64,000 bases of DNA from Alphaproteobacteria bacterium (GTDB lineage Bacteria > Pseudomonadota > Alphaproteobacteria > RF32 > CAG-239). The position numbers were made by a program, and so were the translations under genes. Positions within the stretch are counted from its first letter, which is position 1, and the number at the start of each line of letters is the position of its first letter. The stretch is taken from NCBI GenBank assembly GCA_017460085.1, contig JAFUBQ010000004.1, forward strand, positions 39,991 through 103,990, read 5' to 3'. Below are positions 10,391 to 20,910 of the stretch, piece after piece. The notes beneath the pieces were generated by a model, which was not told the DNA's origin, did no database searches, and saw only the letters and a list, made by a program, of their open reading frames with translations.

Positions 10391-10588
10391 AACTTTTCTC
10401 CTTTTATTTTTATCCCTATTGGAATATAAGCCAAAAGTTTGCCCTGTGCTACAAAGAAATAAAAATTTCTACAAGATTTTTAAAAACCATAATACCTAAA
10501 CTAAAAGAGGAACTCCAATGTTATATGCCTAAAACACATAAACTGAAATTCCTCTTTGCAGAAAAACATTATAATTTATAATGAGCCA

Positions 10589-11794
10589 TTATTTTTTCAT
10601 AATTACAACGCCCGGTAAATCTTTTCCTTCCATCCATTCCAGAAAAGCACCGCCTGCAGTTGAAATATAGCTGAATTTATCGGCTACACCTGCATTAACC
10701 AAAGCTGAAACAGTATCACCACCACCGGCAACCGTTGTTAATTTTCCAGCAACGGTCAGTTCTGCCGCATGCTGAGCCACTTTATTGGTTGCATTATCAA
10801 ACGGTTTAAGTTCAAATGCACCGAGCGGACCATTCCATACCACGGTTTTGCATTCATCTAATTTACCGTTAATATAAGCAATTGTTTTTTCACCCACGTC
10901 AAGCAATGTGCCGCCTGCCGGAATATTATCAGGGTCAACGGTTTGATGTTCGGCATGAGCAGCAAATTCTTTAGCCCAAACTAAATCTTGCGGCAACAAG
11001 ACTTCGCAGTCATTAGCCTTTGCTGTTTCTAAAATTTGTTTTGCCGTGTCAAGCATATCCATCTGCACCAACGAATTTTCGGTATTAATACCGGCTGCAC
11101 CTTGAACTTTCAAAAAAGTATGAGCCATACCGCCGGCAATAACCAGTTTATCAACCTTTTTCACTAAATTGTTCAATAAATCAAGTTTGGTAGAAACTTT
11201 GGAACCACCGACAACTGCTAATAATGGACGCTTAGGGTCATTCAAACCTGTTGTTAAAGCGTTTACTTCTTCAGCCATCAACAACCCCATAGCTGACGGG
11301 CGCAACTTCGGCGCAGCAACCATAGAAGCATGCGCACGATGCGCAGTTGAAAAGGCATCAGAAATATAAACATCAGCCGGTTTAACCAGTTCGGCAGCCC
11401 ATGCTTCATCGCCCTTCTTTTCTTCATCATAATAACGAAGATTTTCTAAGAGCAAAATTTCATCAGCCTTCATATTTTTAACGGCATCTTCTACTTTTTT
11501 GCCAATACAATCATCAACAAACACAACCTTGCTGCCTAATGCTTTTTCCAATTCAGGCGCCACATGTTTAAGCGAATTTTTAACATCACCTTTTCCTTCC
11601 GGACGTCCGAAGTGAGAAATTACCACAACTTTAGCACCTTTTTGCATCAAAGTTTTAATTGTCGGCACAGTGCGGTCAATGCGCGCCGTATTTGTCACAT
11701 GAAAATTTTCATCCATCGGCACATTCAAATCAGCACGAAGCATTGCAACTTTACCGTTCAAATCGCCTAAATCTGCTATTGTTTTATATTCCAT
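10589..11794 (-). CDS. pgk: Phosphoglycerate kinase
   Basis: 401 aa with 'RADLNVP', 'SHFGRP' and 'GGGDT' PGK signatures. Confidence 0.95.
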   Translation of the reverse strand: MEYKTIADLGDLNGKVAMLRADLNVPMDENFHVTNTARIDRTVPTIKTLMQKGAKVVVISHFGRPEGKGDVKNSLKHVAPELEKALGSKVVFVDDCIGKKVEDAVKNMKADEILLLENLRYYDEEKKGDEAWAAELVKPADVYISDAFSTAHRAHASMVAAPKLRPSAMGLLMAEEVNALTTGLNDPKRPLLAVVGGSKVSTKLDLLNNLVKKVDKLVIAGGMAHTFLKVQGAAGINTENSLVQMDMLDTAKQILETAKANDCEVLLPQDLVWAKEFAAHAEHQTVDPDNIPAGGTLLDVGEKTIAYINGKLDECKTVVWNGPLGAFELKPFDNATNKVAQHAAELTVAGKLTTVAGGGDTVSALVNAGVADKFSYISTAGGAFLEWMEGKDLPGVVIMKK

Positions 11795-11878
11795 TTGTTT
11801 TATTCCTTATATTTCAAATAAAGTTCCCCGTTATACCGATAAAAAAATCAGTTTGGCGGGGAACATATGTTCTTTCAA

Positions 11879-12886
<1,008 letters not shown>

Positions 12887-13041
12887 TTATTATTCTCCTT
12901 AAAATTTTATGTGCGGACAGCCCCGCACGGGCATAAAGTTTCAAAAAAACTGGGCATAATTTAGCATTAAAGATAAAAAATTCAAGTAAAATTTTATCTT
13001 TAGTGCATTTTAATTTGTAAAACAGATAATTCTACGGTATC

Positions 13042-13944
13042 TCAAGCTAACAAAAATGAATAGCCGCGCAAAAGTTCGGCCGTAAGCATTGGCTTTTTAC
13101 CTTGACGCTGAATTTTCAGCACTTCTAAAGTTCCGTTTAAACAACCTAAAAACAGCCGGTTATCAATTTGCTTTAACATACCTACGGGGAGGTTTGTATT
13201 TTTAGTAATCTGCGTCTCTAAAACCTTAAAACGCTCGCCTTCATATTCAAAATACATGGCCGGAAACGGGCTGAAAGCACGGATTTTATTATATAAAGCA
13301 TTCACATCAGTATGTAAATCAATCAAACATTCAGCTTTATCAATTTTAGCCGCATAGCATGTTTGCCCTTCATCTTGCGGCTGCGGCGGATATTTCTGTG
13401 GATTTTGCAAAACAGCGGAAATTAATTCAGCCCCAATCTGCGCCAGTTTGTCGTGCAATTCTTCGCCGTTCATGGTTGGAGTAATGGCAACCGTGCCTTT
13501 GCACAGCATATCACCGGTATCAAGCCCTTCTGCCACTTGCATAATGGTTACGCCGCTTTCTATATCTCCTGCTTCAATGGCGCGCTGAATGGGAGCCGCC
13601 CCACGCCAACGCGGCAAGAGAGAAGCGTGAATATTCAAACAGCCGAGCGGATATGCTTCTAACACCGGTTTAGGCAAAATTAAGCCATATGCAGCCACCA
13701 CAGCAACATCGGCTTTAAGTGCCGCAAATTTTTGCTGTTCTTCAGCAGTGCGCAAAGTTTTTGGGGTGCGAACTTCAATATTATGTTGTTCCGCAACCAA
13801 ATGAACAGGCGTTTTATTAATTTTATTGCCACGGCCGGCAGGCTTTGGCTCACGTGTATATACACAAACTACTTCATGTTCACTAATTAAACGTTGCAAC
13901 GCCGGAACAGCAAAGTCCGGCGTGCCCATAAAAACTATTTTCAT
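13042..13944 (-). CDS. fmt: Methionyl-tRNA formyltransferase
   Basis: 300 aa with 'MGTPDFAVP' and 'LNIHASLLPRWRGAAPI' motifs. Confidence 0.9.
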   Translation of the reverse strand: MKIVFMGTPDFAVPALQRLISEHEVVCVYTREPKPAGRGNKINKTPVHLVAEQHNIEVRTPKTLRTAEEQQKFAALKADVAVVAAYGLILPKPVLEAYPLGCLNIHASLLPRWRGAAPIQRAIEAGDIESGVTIMQVAEGLDTGDMLCKGTVAITPTMNGEELHDKLAQIGAELISAVLQNPQKYPPQPQDEGQTCYAAKIDKAECLIDLHTDVNALYNKIRAFSPFPAMYFEYEGERFKVLETQITKNTNLPVGMLKQIDNRLFLGCLNGTLEVLKIQRQGKKPMLTAELLRGYSFLLA

Positions 13945-15824
13945 TCTTCGCTATCCAACCCCATACGATGTTGGTTTACTTCTACTTTATATTTAGAAGC
14001 AAAATCTTTTAACAATGCATCTGCCATTTCTTGGCTAATTTCTTGATGCAAACTTTGCAACAGAAAATTTTTATCTGTTGCAGTTAAAGATTTACTGTCA
14101 TCATATATATTAGTTGTTGTAATAACCAAATAATCGTCACCTTGTTCAATAACAGTTGCTTCATCTTGCGGCAAAGTAAACAGCTTCAGCATTTCAGACG
14201 GAGCTATATCGGCAATTGTTTCGCGGCGGCTAATCGGCATAGATTTTGCAACACGCAAACCATAGCGTGCGGCAACCGCAGAAAATGCATCGCCTTGTTC
14301 CAAATCTTGCGATACATTATCAACTTTTTCCTGCGTTAAAGCCGTTTTTTCGCTGTCTTGCCACAACTGCATCAAACGCGGTGTTGCTTCTTCGCGCGGT
14401 AGCTGATGTTCCGGAATAATGCCATCAACCCTTACCAGCAAAATACCATTATCATCTTCAATAGCTTGTGTAATTTCTCCTTCGTTATAGGTAAATGCTG
14501 AATCTGCAACATCTTTATTTTTCTGCAAAATTTGTGCCAACTGCGCGTTATTTAATTCTGCCGTACCATCTTCTGCCAAATTTTTCACGGCTATTAATTC
14601 CACACCATAGCTTTGAGCAATATCCTCCAAACTTTGACCGGCGCCGAGCTTGTCTTCAATAGCATTAATTTGTTCATAGCTGGCATCATAAAGCTTATCT
14701 TGACGCAAACTATCGGCAATTTCGGCTTCTGCTTTTGCTTTATCGGCTTTTTGCGGAGCTTTAATATCGGTTACACGCAAAATTTGCCAACTATCGGCAA
14801 TTTCAACCACTTCAGAAGTTTGACCTTTATTTAAGGCAAATACAACTTCAGCCAGTTCATCAGCCAAATCAGCACGCGCCACATAGCCTAAGGAAACATC
14901 GGTCATGGTTTGTCCCGCTGCCGCTGCCACATTCATAAAACCTGTACCGTTAGCTAATTTTTGTGCCGCGGCTGTTGCATCTTCCTCGTTTTCAAACACC
15001 AGTTGCAACACAGCGCGCTGCTCAGGCTGCTCATATTCATCAATATGCTCTTTATAATATGCGGCAATTTCTTCCGGCGCAATTTCAATATTCTTCTCAA
15101 TGTCGTCCATCGATAAAAACATAACGGTTATATCGCGCTTTTCCGGAACGGCAAATTCTTCGGCAAAATCATCATAAAGAGTATCTAACTCGTCTTCATC
15201 TGGCTGACGATTGATAACTGCATCGTCCTTAGCTATTTTCATATAGCTGAATGTGCGGCGCTGACCGAGAACTTTTTGCATACTTTCTGATAAAACTTCC
15301 GGAACATTGGTATATGAAACCTGCGAATCTACCAGCAATCTGCGCGCCAAACTGAGCTTAATTTCATTAATAAGCTCTTGTTCGGTTTGGTTTGCACGGC
15401 TCAAGAACCATTTATATGCCTCGCGGTCAAAACGTCCCTGAGCGTCTAAAAACTGCGGTTGCGAAAAGATAACATTACGCACAAGCGAATCGGTAAAATC
15501 AACATTATATTTACGCATTGTGTTCTGCACAATGGCATCTTCCAACATTGTCTGCGCTAAAGTATTAACAATTTGCGCTTTTACTTTGCCGTCTTCGTCT
15601 AAGTCCATTCCTACCGCACGCATCTTAGATATTTCTTTTTGCACGGCATAATTAAATTCATTCTGCGATATTTCGATATCATCAACCTTAATCACCGTCT
15701 TATTACGATTTGCCGAGCTAATGTATCCGGAAACGCCAAACAACGACATAAAGCTCAAAGCGGTTACGGTTAATATGATTTTAGTGAACCAACTGTCACG
15801 CATACTTGCAAATTTGCTAATCAT
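13941..15824 (-). CDS. ppiD: Periplasmic chaperone PpiD/SurA-like peptidyl-prolyl isomerase, N-terminally membrane anchored
   Basis: 627 aa with an N-terminal TM and a parvulin-like central region. Its position between fmt and tpiA is conserved in Alphaproteobacteria. Confidence 0.7.
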   Translation of the reverse strand: MISKFASMRDSWFTKIILTVTALSFMSLFGVSGYISSANRNKTVIKVDDIEISQNEFNYAVQKEISKMRAVGMDLDEDGKVKAQIVNTLAQTMLEDAIVQNTMRKYNVDFTDSLVRNVIFSQPQFLDAQGRFDREAYKWFLSRANQTEQELINEIKLSLARRLLVDSQVSYTNVPEVLSESMQKVLGQRRTFSYMKIAKDDAVINRQPDEDELDTLYDDFAEEFAVPEKRDITVMFLSMDDIEKNIEIAPEEIAAYYKEHIDEYEQPEQRAVLQLVFENEEDATAAAQKLANGTGFMNVAAAAGQTMTDVSLGYVARADLADELAEVVFALNKGQTSEVVEIADSWQILRVTDIKAPQKADKAKAEAEIADSLRQDKLYDASYEQINAIEDKLGAGQSLEDIAQSYGVELIAVKNLAEDGTAELNNAQLAQILQKNKDVADSAFTYNEGEITQAIEDDNGILLVRVDGIIPEHQLPREEATPRLMQLWQDSEKTALTQEKVDNVSQDLEQGDAFSAVAARYGLRVAKSMPISRRETIADIAPSEMLKLFTLPQDEATVIEQGDDYLVITTTNIYDDSKSLTATDKNFLLQSLHQEISQEMADALLKDFASKYKVEVNQHRMGLDSEE

Positions 15825-16010
15825 CTTTTTTCCTTATTCAAAAAATTGTTTTTGTTCATTATAAAAAGATAAATAATTATTGCAATTATTAATTTAATTT
15901 ATGCAACAAATTAAAATAGTGTGGCTAAACTGCTTTTTTAGTGGAAAAAGAAAAATTAGTGTGCTACAAAGGGCATCAGTTTGATTTAAATGAAAAATAA
16001 GAGGAAAAAA

Positions 16011-16769
16011 ATGGCTCGTAAAAAATTAATTGCCGGCAACTGGAAAATGAATTGTTTGCTGGAAAACGGAACAGCTTTGGCAAAAGCTGTTGCCGAAAAA
16101 GTTAAAGCACAAAAATATAATTGTGATTTTCTGATTTGCCCTCCGTTTACTCTTTTAGGTGCGGTTAAAAAATGTTTACGCGGCAGCAAAATTGCCTTGG
16201 GAGCGCAAGATGTTCATTTTGCTGAATTTGGTGCGCACACCGGTGATATCAGCCCTTTAATGTTAACCGATATCGGGTGTAAATATGTTATTATCGGACA
16301 TTCGGAACGACGCACTGACCACGGCGAATCGAACTCTTTGGTTAAGAAAAAAGCTATTGCAGCGCACCAAGCGGGCTTAATTACGGTTATTTGCATTGGA
16401 GAAACCGGGGCCGAGCGTGATGCCAGTAAAACCATTGAAGTTTGTCAGAATGAAATTTCTCGCTCGGTGCCGGAGAATGCCACAGCACAAAATACTGTGA
16501 TTGCTTATGAGCCGATTTGGGCAATTGGCACCGGTAAAACGCCAACGGCTCAAGATGTTCAAGAAGTTCATGCGGCTATTCGTTCTGCCTTGGCTAAAAA
16601 GCTTGGGAAAGCTGTGGCCGACAGAATGCGCATTTTATACGGCGGTTCGGTAAAGCCGAATAATGCGGCAGAGTTGTTAACATTGCCAGATGTTGACGGT
16701 GCGCTTATCGGCGGAGCAAGTTTGAAGGCCGATGATTTTGTGGCTATTGCAGCAAATGCCTTAAAATAA
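16011..16769 (+). CDS. tpiA: Triosephosphate isomerase
   Basis: 'LIAGNWKMN', 'IGHSERR' and 'AYEPIWAIGTG' motifs. Start chosen at 'MARKK' after the RBS 'aagaggaaaaaa'; the ORF track begins earlier at 15990. Confidence 0.9.
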   Translation: MARKKLIAGNWKMNCLLENGTALAKAVAEKVKAQKYNCDFLICPPFTLLGAVKKCLRGSKIALGAQDVHFAEFGAHTGDISPLMLTDIGCKYVIIGHSERRTDHGESNSLVKKKAIAAHQAGLITVICIGETGAERDASKTIEVCQNEISRSVPENATAQNTVIAYEPIWAIGTGKTPTAQDVQEVHAAIRSALAKKLGKAVADRMRILYGGSVKPNNAAELLTLPDVDGALIGGASLKADDFVAIAANALK

Positions 16770-16786
16770 GATAAAGGAGAAAAGAG

Positions 16787-17146
16787 ATGGGTTCTTTAGG
16801 TTCTGTTTTGTTGGTTTTACAACTGATTGTCGCCATTTTTTTGGTGGCAGTGATTTTAATGCAGCGTTCAAACGGCGGAGCGCTTAGCGGTTTGGGCGGT
16901 GACAGCGGTATAGGCGGTTTGCTCAGCGCGCGCGGTAAAGGTAATGTATTAACGCGCACAACTGCTGTGTTAGCAACGTTGTTTTTTGCTTTGAGTATGG
17001 CTCTTTCAATTTATTACAGCAGGGTTGAAGTGCAACGTGTATCTCTTGTTGACAGCGCAGCACCTGTGACAACAACTCCGATGGAAGAAAGTGCTCCGGA
17101 AGTTCCGACCGAGGCTGAAGTTCCGAATGTTCCGGTTGCAGAGTAA
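16787..17146 (+). CDS. secG: Preprotein translocase subunit SecG
   Basis: 119 aa with two TM helices and 'GGLGGDSG' glycine-rich loops. The tpiA-secG-pyrG order is conserved. Confidence 0.8.
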   Translation: MGSLGSVLLVLQLIVAIFLVAVILMQRSNGGALSGLGGDSGIGGLLSARGKGNVLTRTTAVLATLFFALSMALSIYYSRVEVQRVSLVDSAAPVTTTPMEESAPEVPTEAEVPNVPVAE

Positions 17147-17238
17147 CAATTTTGAAAATTTTGAACTGACATAAAGGCGCTTAAAACAGTTAAGTGCCTT
17201 TGTCACTTTTTAATAAGCATTTTCATAAGGAAAAAAAT

Positions 17239-18891
17239 ATGTCTGAACTAAACTTAAATCCAAATTCTAAATTCATTTTTATTACCGGCGGTGTGGTTTC
17301 ATCTTTAGGCAAAGGTTTAGCTTCGGCTTCGTTGGCGGCAATTTTGCAAGCACGCGGCTATAAAGTTCGTTTGCGCAAACTTGACCCATATTTGAACGTT
17401 GACCCCGGAACAATGAACCCTTGTCAGCACGGCGAAGTTTTTGTGACTGATGATGGCACAGAAGCCGATTTGGATTTAGGCCACTATGAGCGTTTTTCAG
17501 GCGTGCCGGCCAAACGCACCGACAGTATTACTACCGGTAAAATTTATCAGCGCGTAATAGAAAAAGAGCGTCACGGCTATTATTTAGGCTCTACTATTCA
17601 GGTTATTCCGCATGTTACCAATGAAATTAAAGAATTTATTTTATCCGACATTCACGATGAAGATTTTGTTTTGTGCGAAATTGGCGGCACGGTGGGCGAT
17701 ATTGAAGGTCAGCCGTATTTGGAAACCATTCGTCAGGTGGCATATGAGCTGGGCCGCGAACGCACAATGTTTATTCATGTGACTCTGTTGCCGTTTATTC
17801 CTACTGCCGGTGAGCTAAAAACTAAACCAACGCAGCATTCGGTGAAAAAACTGCAAGAATATGGCATTCAGCCGGATATGATATTGTGCCGTTCACAAAT
17901 GGCTATTCCGGAAAATGAAAAACGAAAATTAGCTCTGTTTTGCAACATCAAAGAAGAAAATGTGATTACGGCGCTTGATGCCGCAAGCATTTATCAAGTG
18001 CCTTTAGCTTATTCAGCCGAAGGAATGGACCGGCAGGTTTGTAAACATTTTAATTTGCCGTATGACCAACCGACAGATTTGAGTAAATGGGAGCAGATTG
18101 TTGATATTTTGCGCCACCCTGAAGGCGAAGTTCGTATTGCTGTGGTCGGAAAATATATGATGCTTTTAGAGGCGTATAAATCTTTGCACGAGGCACTAAT
18201 TCACGGCGGCATTGCCAATAAATATAAGGTTAAAATCAAATGGGTTGATTCTGAAGACTTAGAAAAAGGGCCGGCAGATGAAATTCTGAACGATGTCAGC
18301 GCTATTTTGGTTCCGGGTGGTTTTGGCTTACGCGGCACGCAAGGTATGATTAATGCCATTGAATATGCGCGTGAGCATAAAGTGCCGTTTTTAGGCATTT
18401 GTTTTGGTATGCAGATGGCTGTTATTGAAACAATGCGCAATTTATGCGGCATTAAAAATGCCAACACAACTGAGCTTGATGAACATTGCGAGCCGGTAAT
18501 TGGTTTGATGACCGAGTGGGATAAAGACGGCGCTAAGCAAATTCGCCATAAAGACGGTGATTTAGGCGGCACAATGCGGCTTGGAGCTTATGAATGTATC
18601 TTAAAGCCAAATTCTAAAACGGCGCAAATTTATGGTTCCGAAAAAATTTCGGAGCGACATCGCCACCGCTATGAAGTGAATATCAAATATAAAGATATGC
18701 TGCAAAAAGCCGGTATGTCAATTGTTGGAACTTCACCTGACGGTGGTTTACCGGAAATTGTGGAACGACCGGACCATCCATGGTTTATCGGTGTTCAGTT
18801 TCATCCGGAGCTGAAATCGCGTCCGTTTGCGCCGGCACCATTGTTTGTTTCGTTTGTAAAAGCGGCAATAGATAACTCACGTTTGGTGTAA
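17239..18891 (+). CDS. pyrG: CTP synthase
   Basis: '[16 protein letters not shown]' P-loop and a C-terminal glutamine amidotransferase with 'GICFGMQ'. Start chosen at 'MSELNL' after the RBS 'aaggaaaaaaat'. Confidence 0.95.
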   Translation: MSELNLNPNSKFIFITGGVVSSLGKGLASASLAAILQARGYKVRLRKLDPYLNVDPGTMNPCQHGEVFVTDDGTEADLDLGHYERFSGVPAKRTDSITTGKIYQRVIEKERHGYYLGSTIQVIPHVTNEIKEFILSDIHDEDFVLCEIGGTVGDIEGQPYLETIRQVAYELGRERTMFIHVTLLPFIPTAGELKTKPTQHSVKKLQEYGIQPDMILCRSQMAIPENEKRKLALFCNIKEENVITALDAASIYQVPLAYSAEGMDRQVCKHFNLPYDQPTDLSKWEQIVDILRHPEGEVRIAVVGKYMMLLEAYKSLHEALIHGGIANKYKVKIKWVDSEDLEKGPADEILNDVSAILVPGGFGLRGTQGMINAIEYAREHKVPFLGICFGMQMAVIETMRNLCGIKNANTTELDEHCEPVIGLMTEWDKDGAKQIRHKDGDLGGTMRLGAYECILKPNSKTAQIYGSEKISERHRHRYEVNIKYKDMLQKAGMSIVGTSPDGGLPEIVERPDHPWFIGVQFHPELKSRPFAPAPLFVSFVKAAIDNSRLV

Positions 18892-18896
18892 TATTT

Positions 18897-20171
18897 TTAC
18901 GGCATAATCAAAGGTGTTCCGCCATATTGTACCCCTAGGTCAAAAAACATTTGGCTTAATTCTGCGGCAAATGGTTTAACCGCATCAATATCGCCGGATG
19001 TTGAAGTGTACATTTGCACAAACGCCGCATGATGATAATGCACTGTTTGCAGGTCTTCTGCCGAATATCCAAAACGCCGCAGCGCTTTTTCATATCCCCC
19101 TTTGTGGGTAAAATTAATTACACCGATATAGTCAATCGGCATATGATAAACCCTATATGCCTTAACGGTTTTATCACAAATGTATGCCCAGTCTTCCAAA
19201 CCAAAACCTTGCGTTCCAATGGCACTTTGAAATGCCTTATATTGCTTAAGCCATTTAACTTTGCGAGCAATTGTTTGGCACGGATTAACCGCCGATTTTA
19301 AAAACGCCACGGTAGAATTTTCACCATTTTTTTCATCTTGATAACGCACTAAAGAGTCGAGCATAATAAAACGAAGTTCATTATTATTTTCCTTAATAAA
19401 ATTCTTTAATCCAGCACCGGTATTCACAAATGCCTGCACATCAGCACCCGAAAGCGGTGTATTTTCATTGGCAAAATAGTGCCTAACCCCTAAATTTTGC
19501 GGCTTAGGTTTATAATTAAGTGCAAATTTTTCTTGAGGAACATTTTGCAAAATTTTTGCCACAAATTCAGGGTTAATTTTAGTTTTATGCGGATTTTGCA
19601 ATTTTTCGTATTGCGGCTGCGGATATTCAATTGAACTTTTCTCTCCCCAAATTTCCGGCATTAAATAAATATACATAGCCGGAGAAGCAAATTCAATATC
19701 GGGAACATCTTCAAACACAGAGGCAATGCGATTCGGAAATTTATTTTTGGTTTCTTTAATCCCCGGTAAATCAAGCACTTTTCCCGATAACCCGCGCATT
19801 GTGTGCAACAGCGGACCAATATAAGGATAATATTTCGGCGGCAAATTTTTCAACCAACGCAAAATGCTTTCTTCATCTTCATTAGCAATTCTTTTTTCTA
19901 CTGTCCCAAAATTTACAATTGCGTCTGCAAATTCATCGTCAAATTGTTTTGGCATATCCCAACGATATTCATATTTCCAATTATATTGCGAACGTTTAAA
20001 ACGATATTCATCACTTAATTTTTCCACATCAGGCGGAATTTCATCTAGATTAACCGCAAACAACTTCGGGTCCGTTAACTGTTGCGCCTCAACCGGATAT
20101 ATCCAAAGCCAGCATAGCAATAAAAATATCTTCCGTTTCATATTTTTTCCTGCTTTTATTGTAATATTCAT
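18897..20171 (-). CDS. Hypothetical secreted protein (424 aa) with signal peptide; function unknown
   Basis: N-terminal hydrophobic signal 'KIFLLLCWLWIYPVEA'. Long ORF between pyrG and gcrA with no recognisable catalytic motif. Confidence 0.6.
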   Translation of the reverse strand: MNITIKAGKNMKRKIFLLLCWLWIYPVEAQQLTDPKLFAVNLDEIPPDVEKLSDEYRFKRSQYNWKYEYRWDMPKQFDDEFADAIVNFGTVEKRIANEDEESILRWLKNLPPKYYPYIGPLLHTMRGLSGKVLDLPGIKETKNKFPNRIASVFEDVPDIEFASPAMYIYLMPEIWGEKSSIEYPQPQYEKLQNPHKTKINPEFVAKILQNVPQEKFALNYKPKPQNLGVRHYFANENTPLSGADVQAFVNTGAGLKNFIKENNNELRFIMLDSLVRYQDEKNGENSTVAFLKSAVNPCQTIARKVKWLKQYKAFQSAIGTQGFGLEDWAYICDKTVKAYRVYHMPIDYIGVINFTHKGGYEKALRRFGYSAEDLQTVHYHHAAFVQMYTSTSGDIDAVKPFAAELSQMFFDLGVQYGGTPLIMP

Positions 20172-20285
20172 TTAATTATATTGTAAAAAGATAAAAAAAA
20201 ATTAATTTAGAATGAAAATATCACTGGACTTAAAACAAATTGTTTTATAGAGTGAATAAAAATTAATGCCAAAGGAGAAAGAAAT

Positions 20286-20747
20286 ATGGCTTGGACTGAA
20301 AAAATGGTAGAAGACTTGCGGCAAATGTGGCTTGAAGGCTTAACTGCCAGTGAAATTGCAAAAAATTTAGGAGTTTCAAAAAACTCTATTGTCGGTAAGG
20401 TTCATCGTTTATGCTTAACAGCCAGACCGTCACCGATTAAAAAGAAAGATGCTGATATGCCGGAAGCAGAGCTATTTCAAGAGCAAACTATATCCTCTGA
20501 AAATACTAATACCGAGGTTCAATCGCAAACTTATGCAGCAGAAGTCGACGAATCGGCAATAGTTGAAAAATCAACTGAACCGGCACTCGGCATTAAATTA
20601 GTTAATCTTGATAGTCATACTTGCCGTTGGCCTTTAGGTGACCCTCGTGATGATAACTTTGGTTTTTGCGGTAAAAAAGTTCGAGCCGGCCAAACTTATT
20701 GTGATGAGCATTCGACAATGGCCTATGTTAAAGCCATAAAACGTTAG
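20286..20747 (+). CDS. gcrA: Cell-cycle transcriptional regulator GcrA
   Basis: N-terminal 'MAWTEKMVEDLRQMWLEGLTASEIAKNLGVSKNSIVGKVHRL' HTH and the C-terminal 'CRWPLGDP...FCG' GcrA signature. The family is restricted to Alphaproteobacteria. Confidence 0.8.
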   Translation: MAWTEKMVEDLRQMWLEGLTASEIAKNLGVSKNSIVGKVHRLCLTARPSPIKKKDADMPEAELFQEQTISSENTNTEVQSQTYAAEVDESAIVEKSTEPALGIKLVNLDSHTCRWPLGDPRDDNFGFCGKKVRAGQTYCDEHSTMAYVKAIKR

Positions 20748-20760
20748 ATATTTTCTTTAA

Positions 20761-20790
20761 AAGCCGTCTGCAATCAGGCGGCTTATTTTT
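20761..20790 (+). terminator. Rho-independent terminator after gcrA
   Basis: 'aagccgtctgcaatcaggcggctt' hairpin followed by T8. Confidence 0.6.
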
Positions 20791-20910
20791 TTATAAATAA
20801 TCGTTAAAAAATTTTTTTTTGCACAATTCAACCTAAATTCAAAAAAAATAAAAAAATGCCTTATTCTGATAAGAACAAAGCATTTTCGTTGTTTTAATTA
20901 AGAAAATTGA

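Noticed and set aside
10391-10588. 198-bp spacer between pgk and lspA with a 9-bp-stem, 36-nt-loop hairpin (aaagaggaa...ttcctcttt)
   Set aside because: Most likely just the pgk terminator or lspA leader. There is no coding potential and nothing distinctive beyond one hairpin.
15990-17238. N-terminally extended starts in the ORF track for tpiA (15990), pyrG (17194), rplS (33759), recG (60809), lepA (51817) and the hydrogenase-like gene (51930)
   Set aside because: Downstream ATGs are preceded by good RBSs and match the conserved protein N-termini. The extended versions overlap upstream genes or promoter elements; the 51930 ATG, for example, sits inside the -10 TATAAT.
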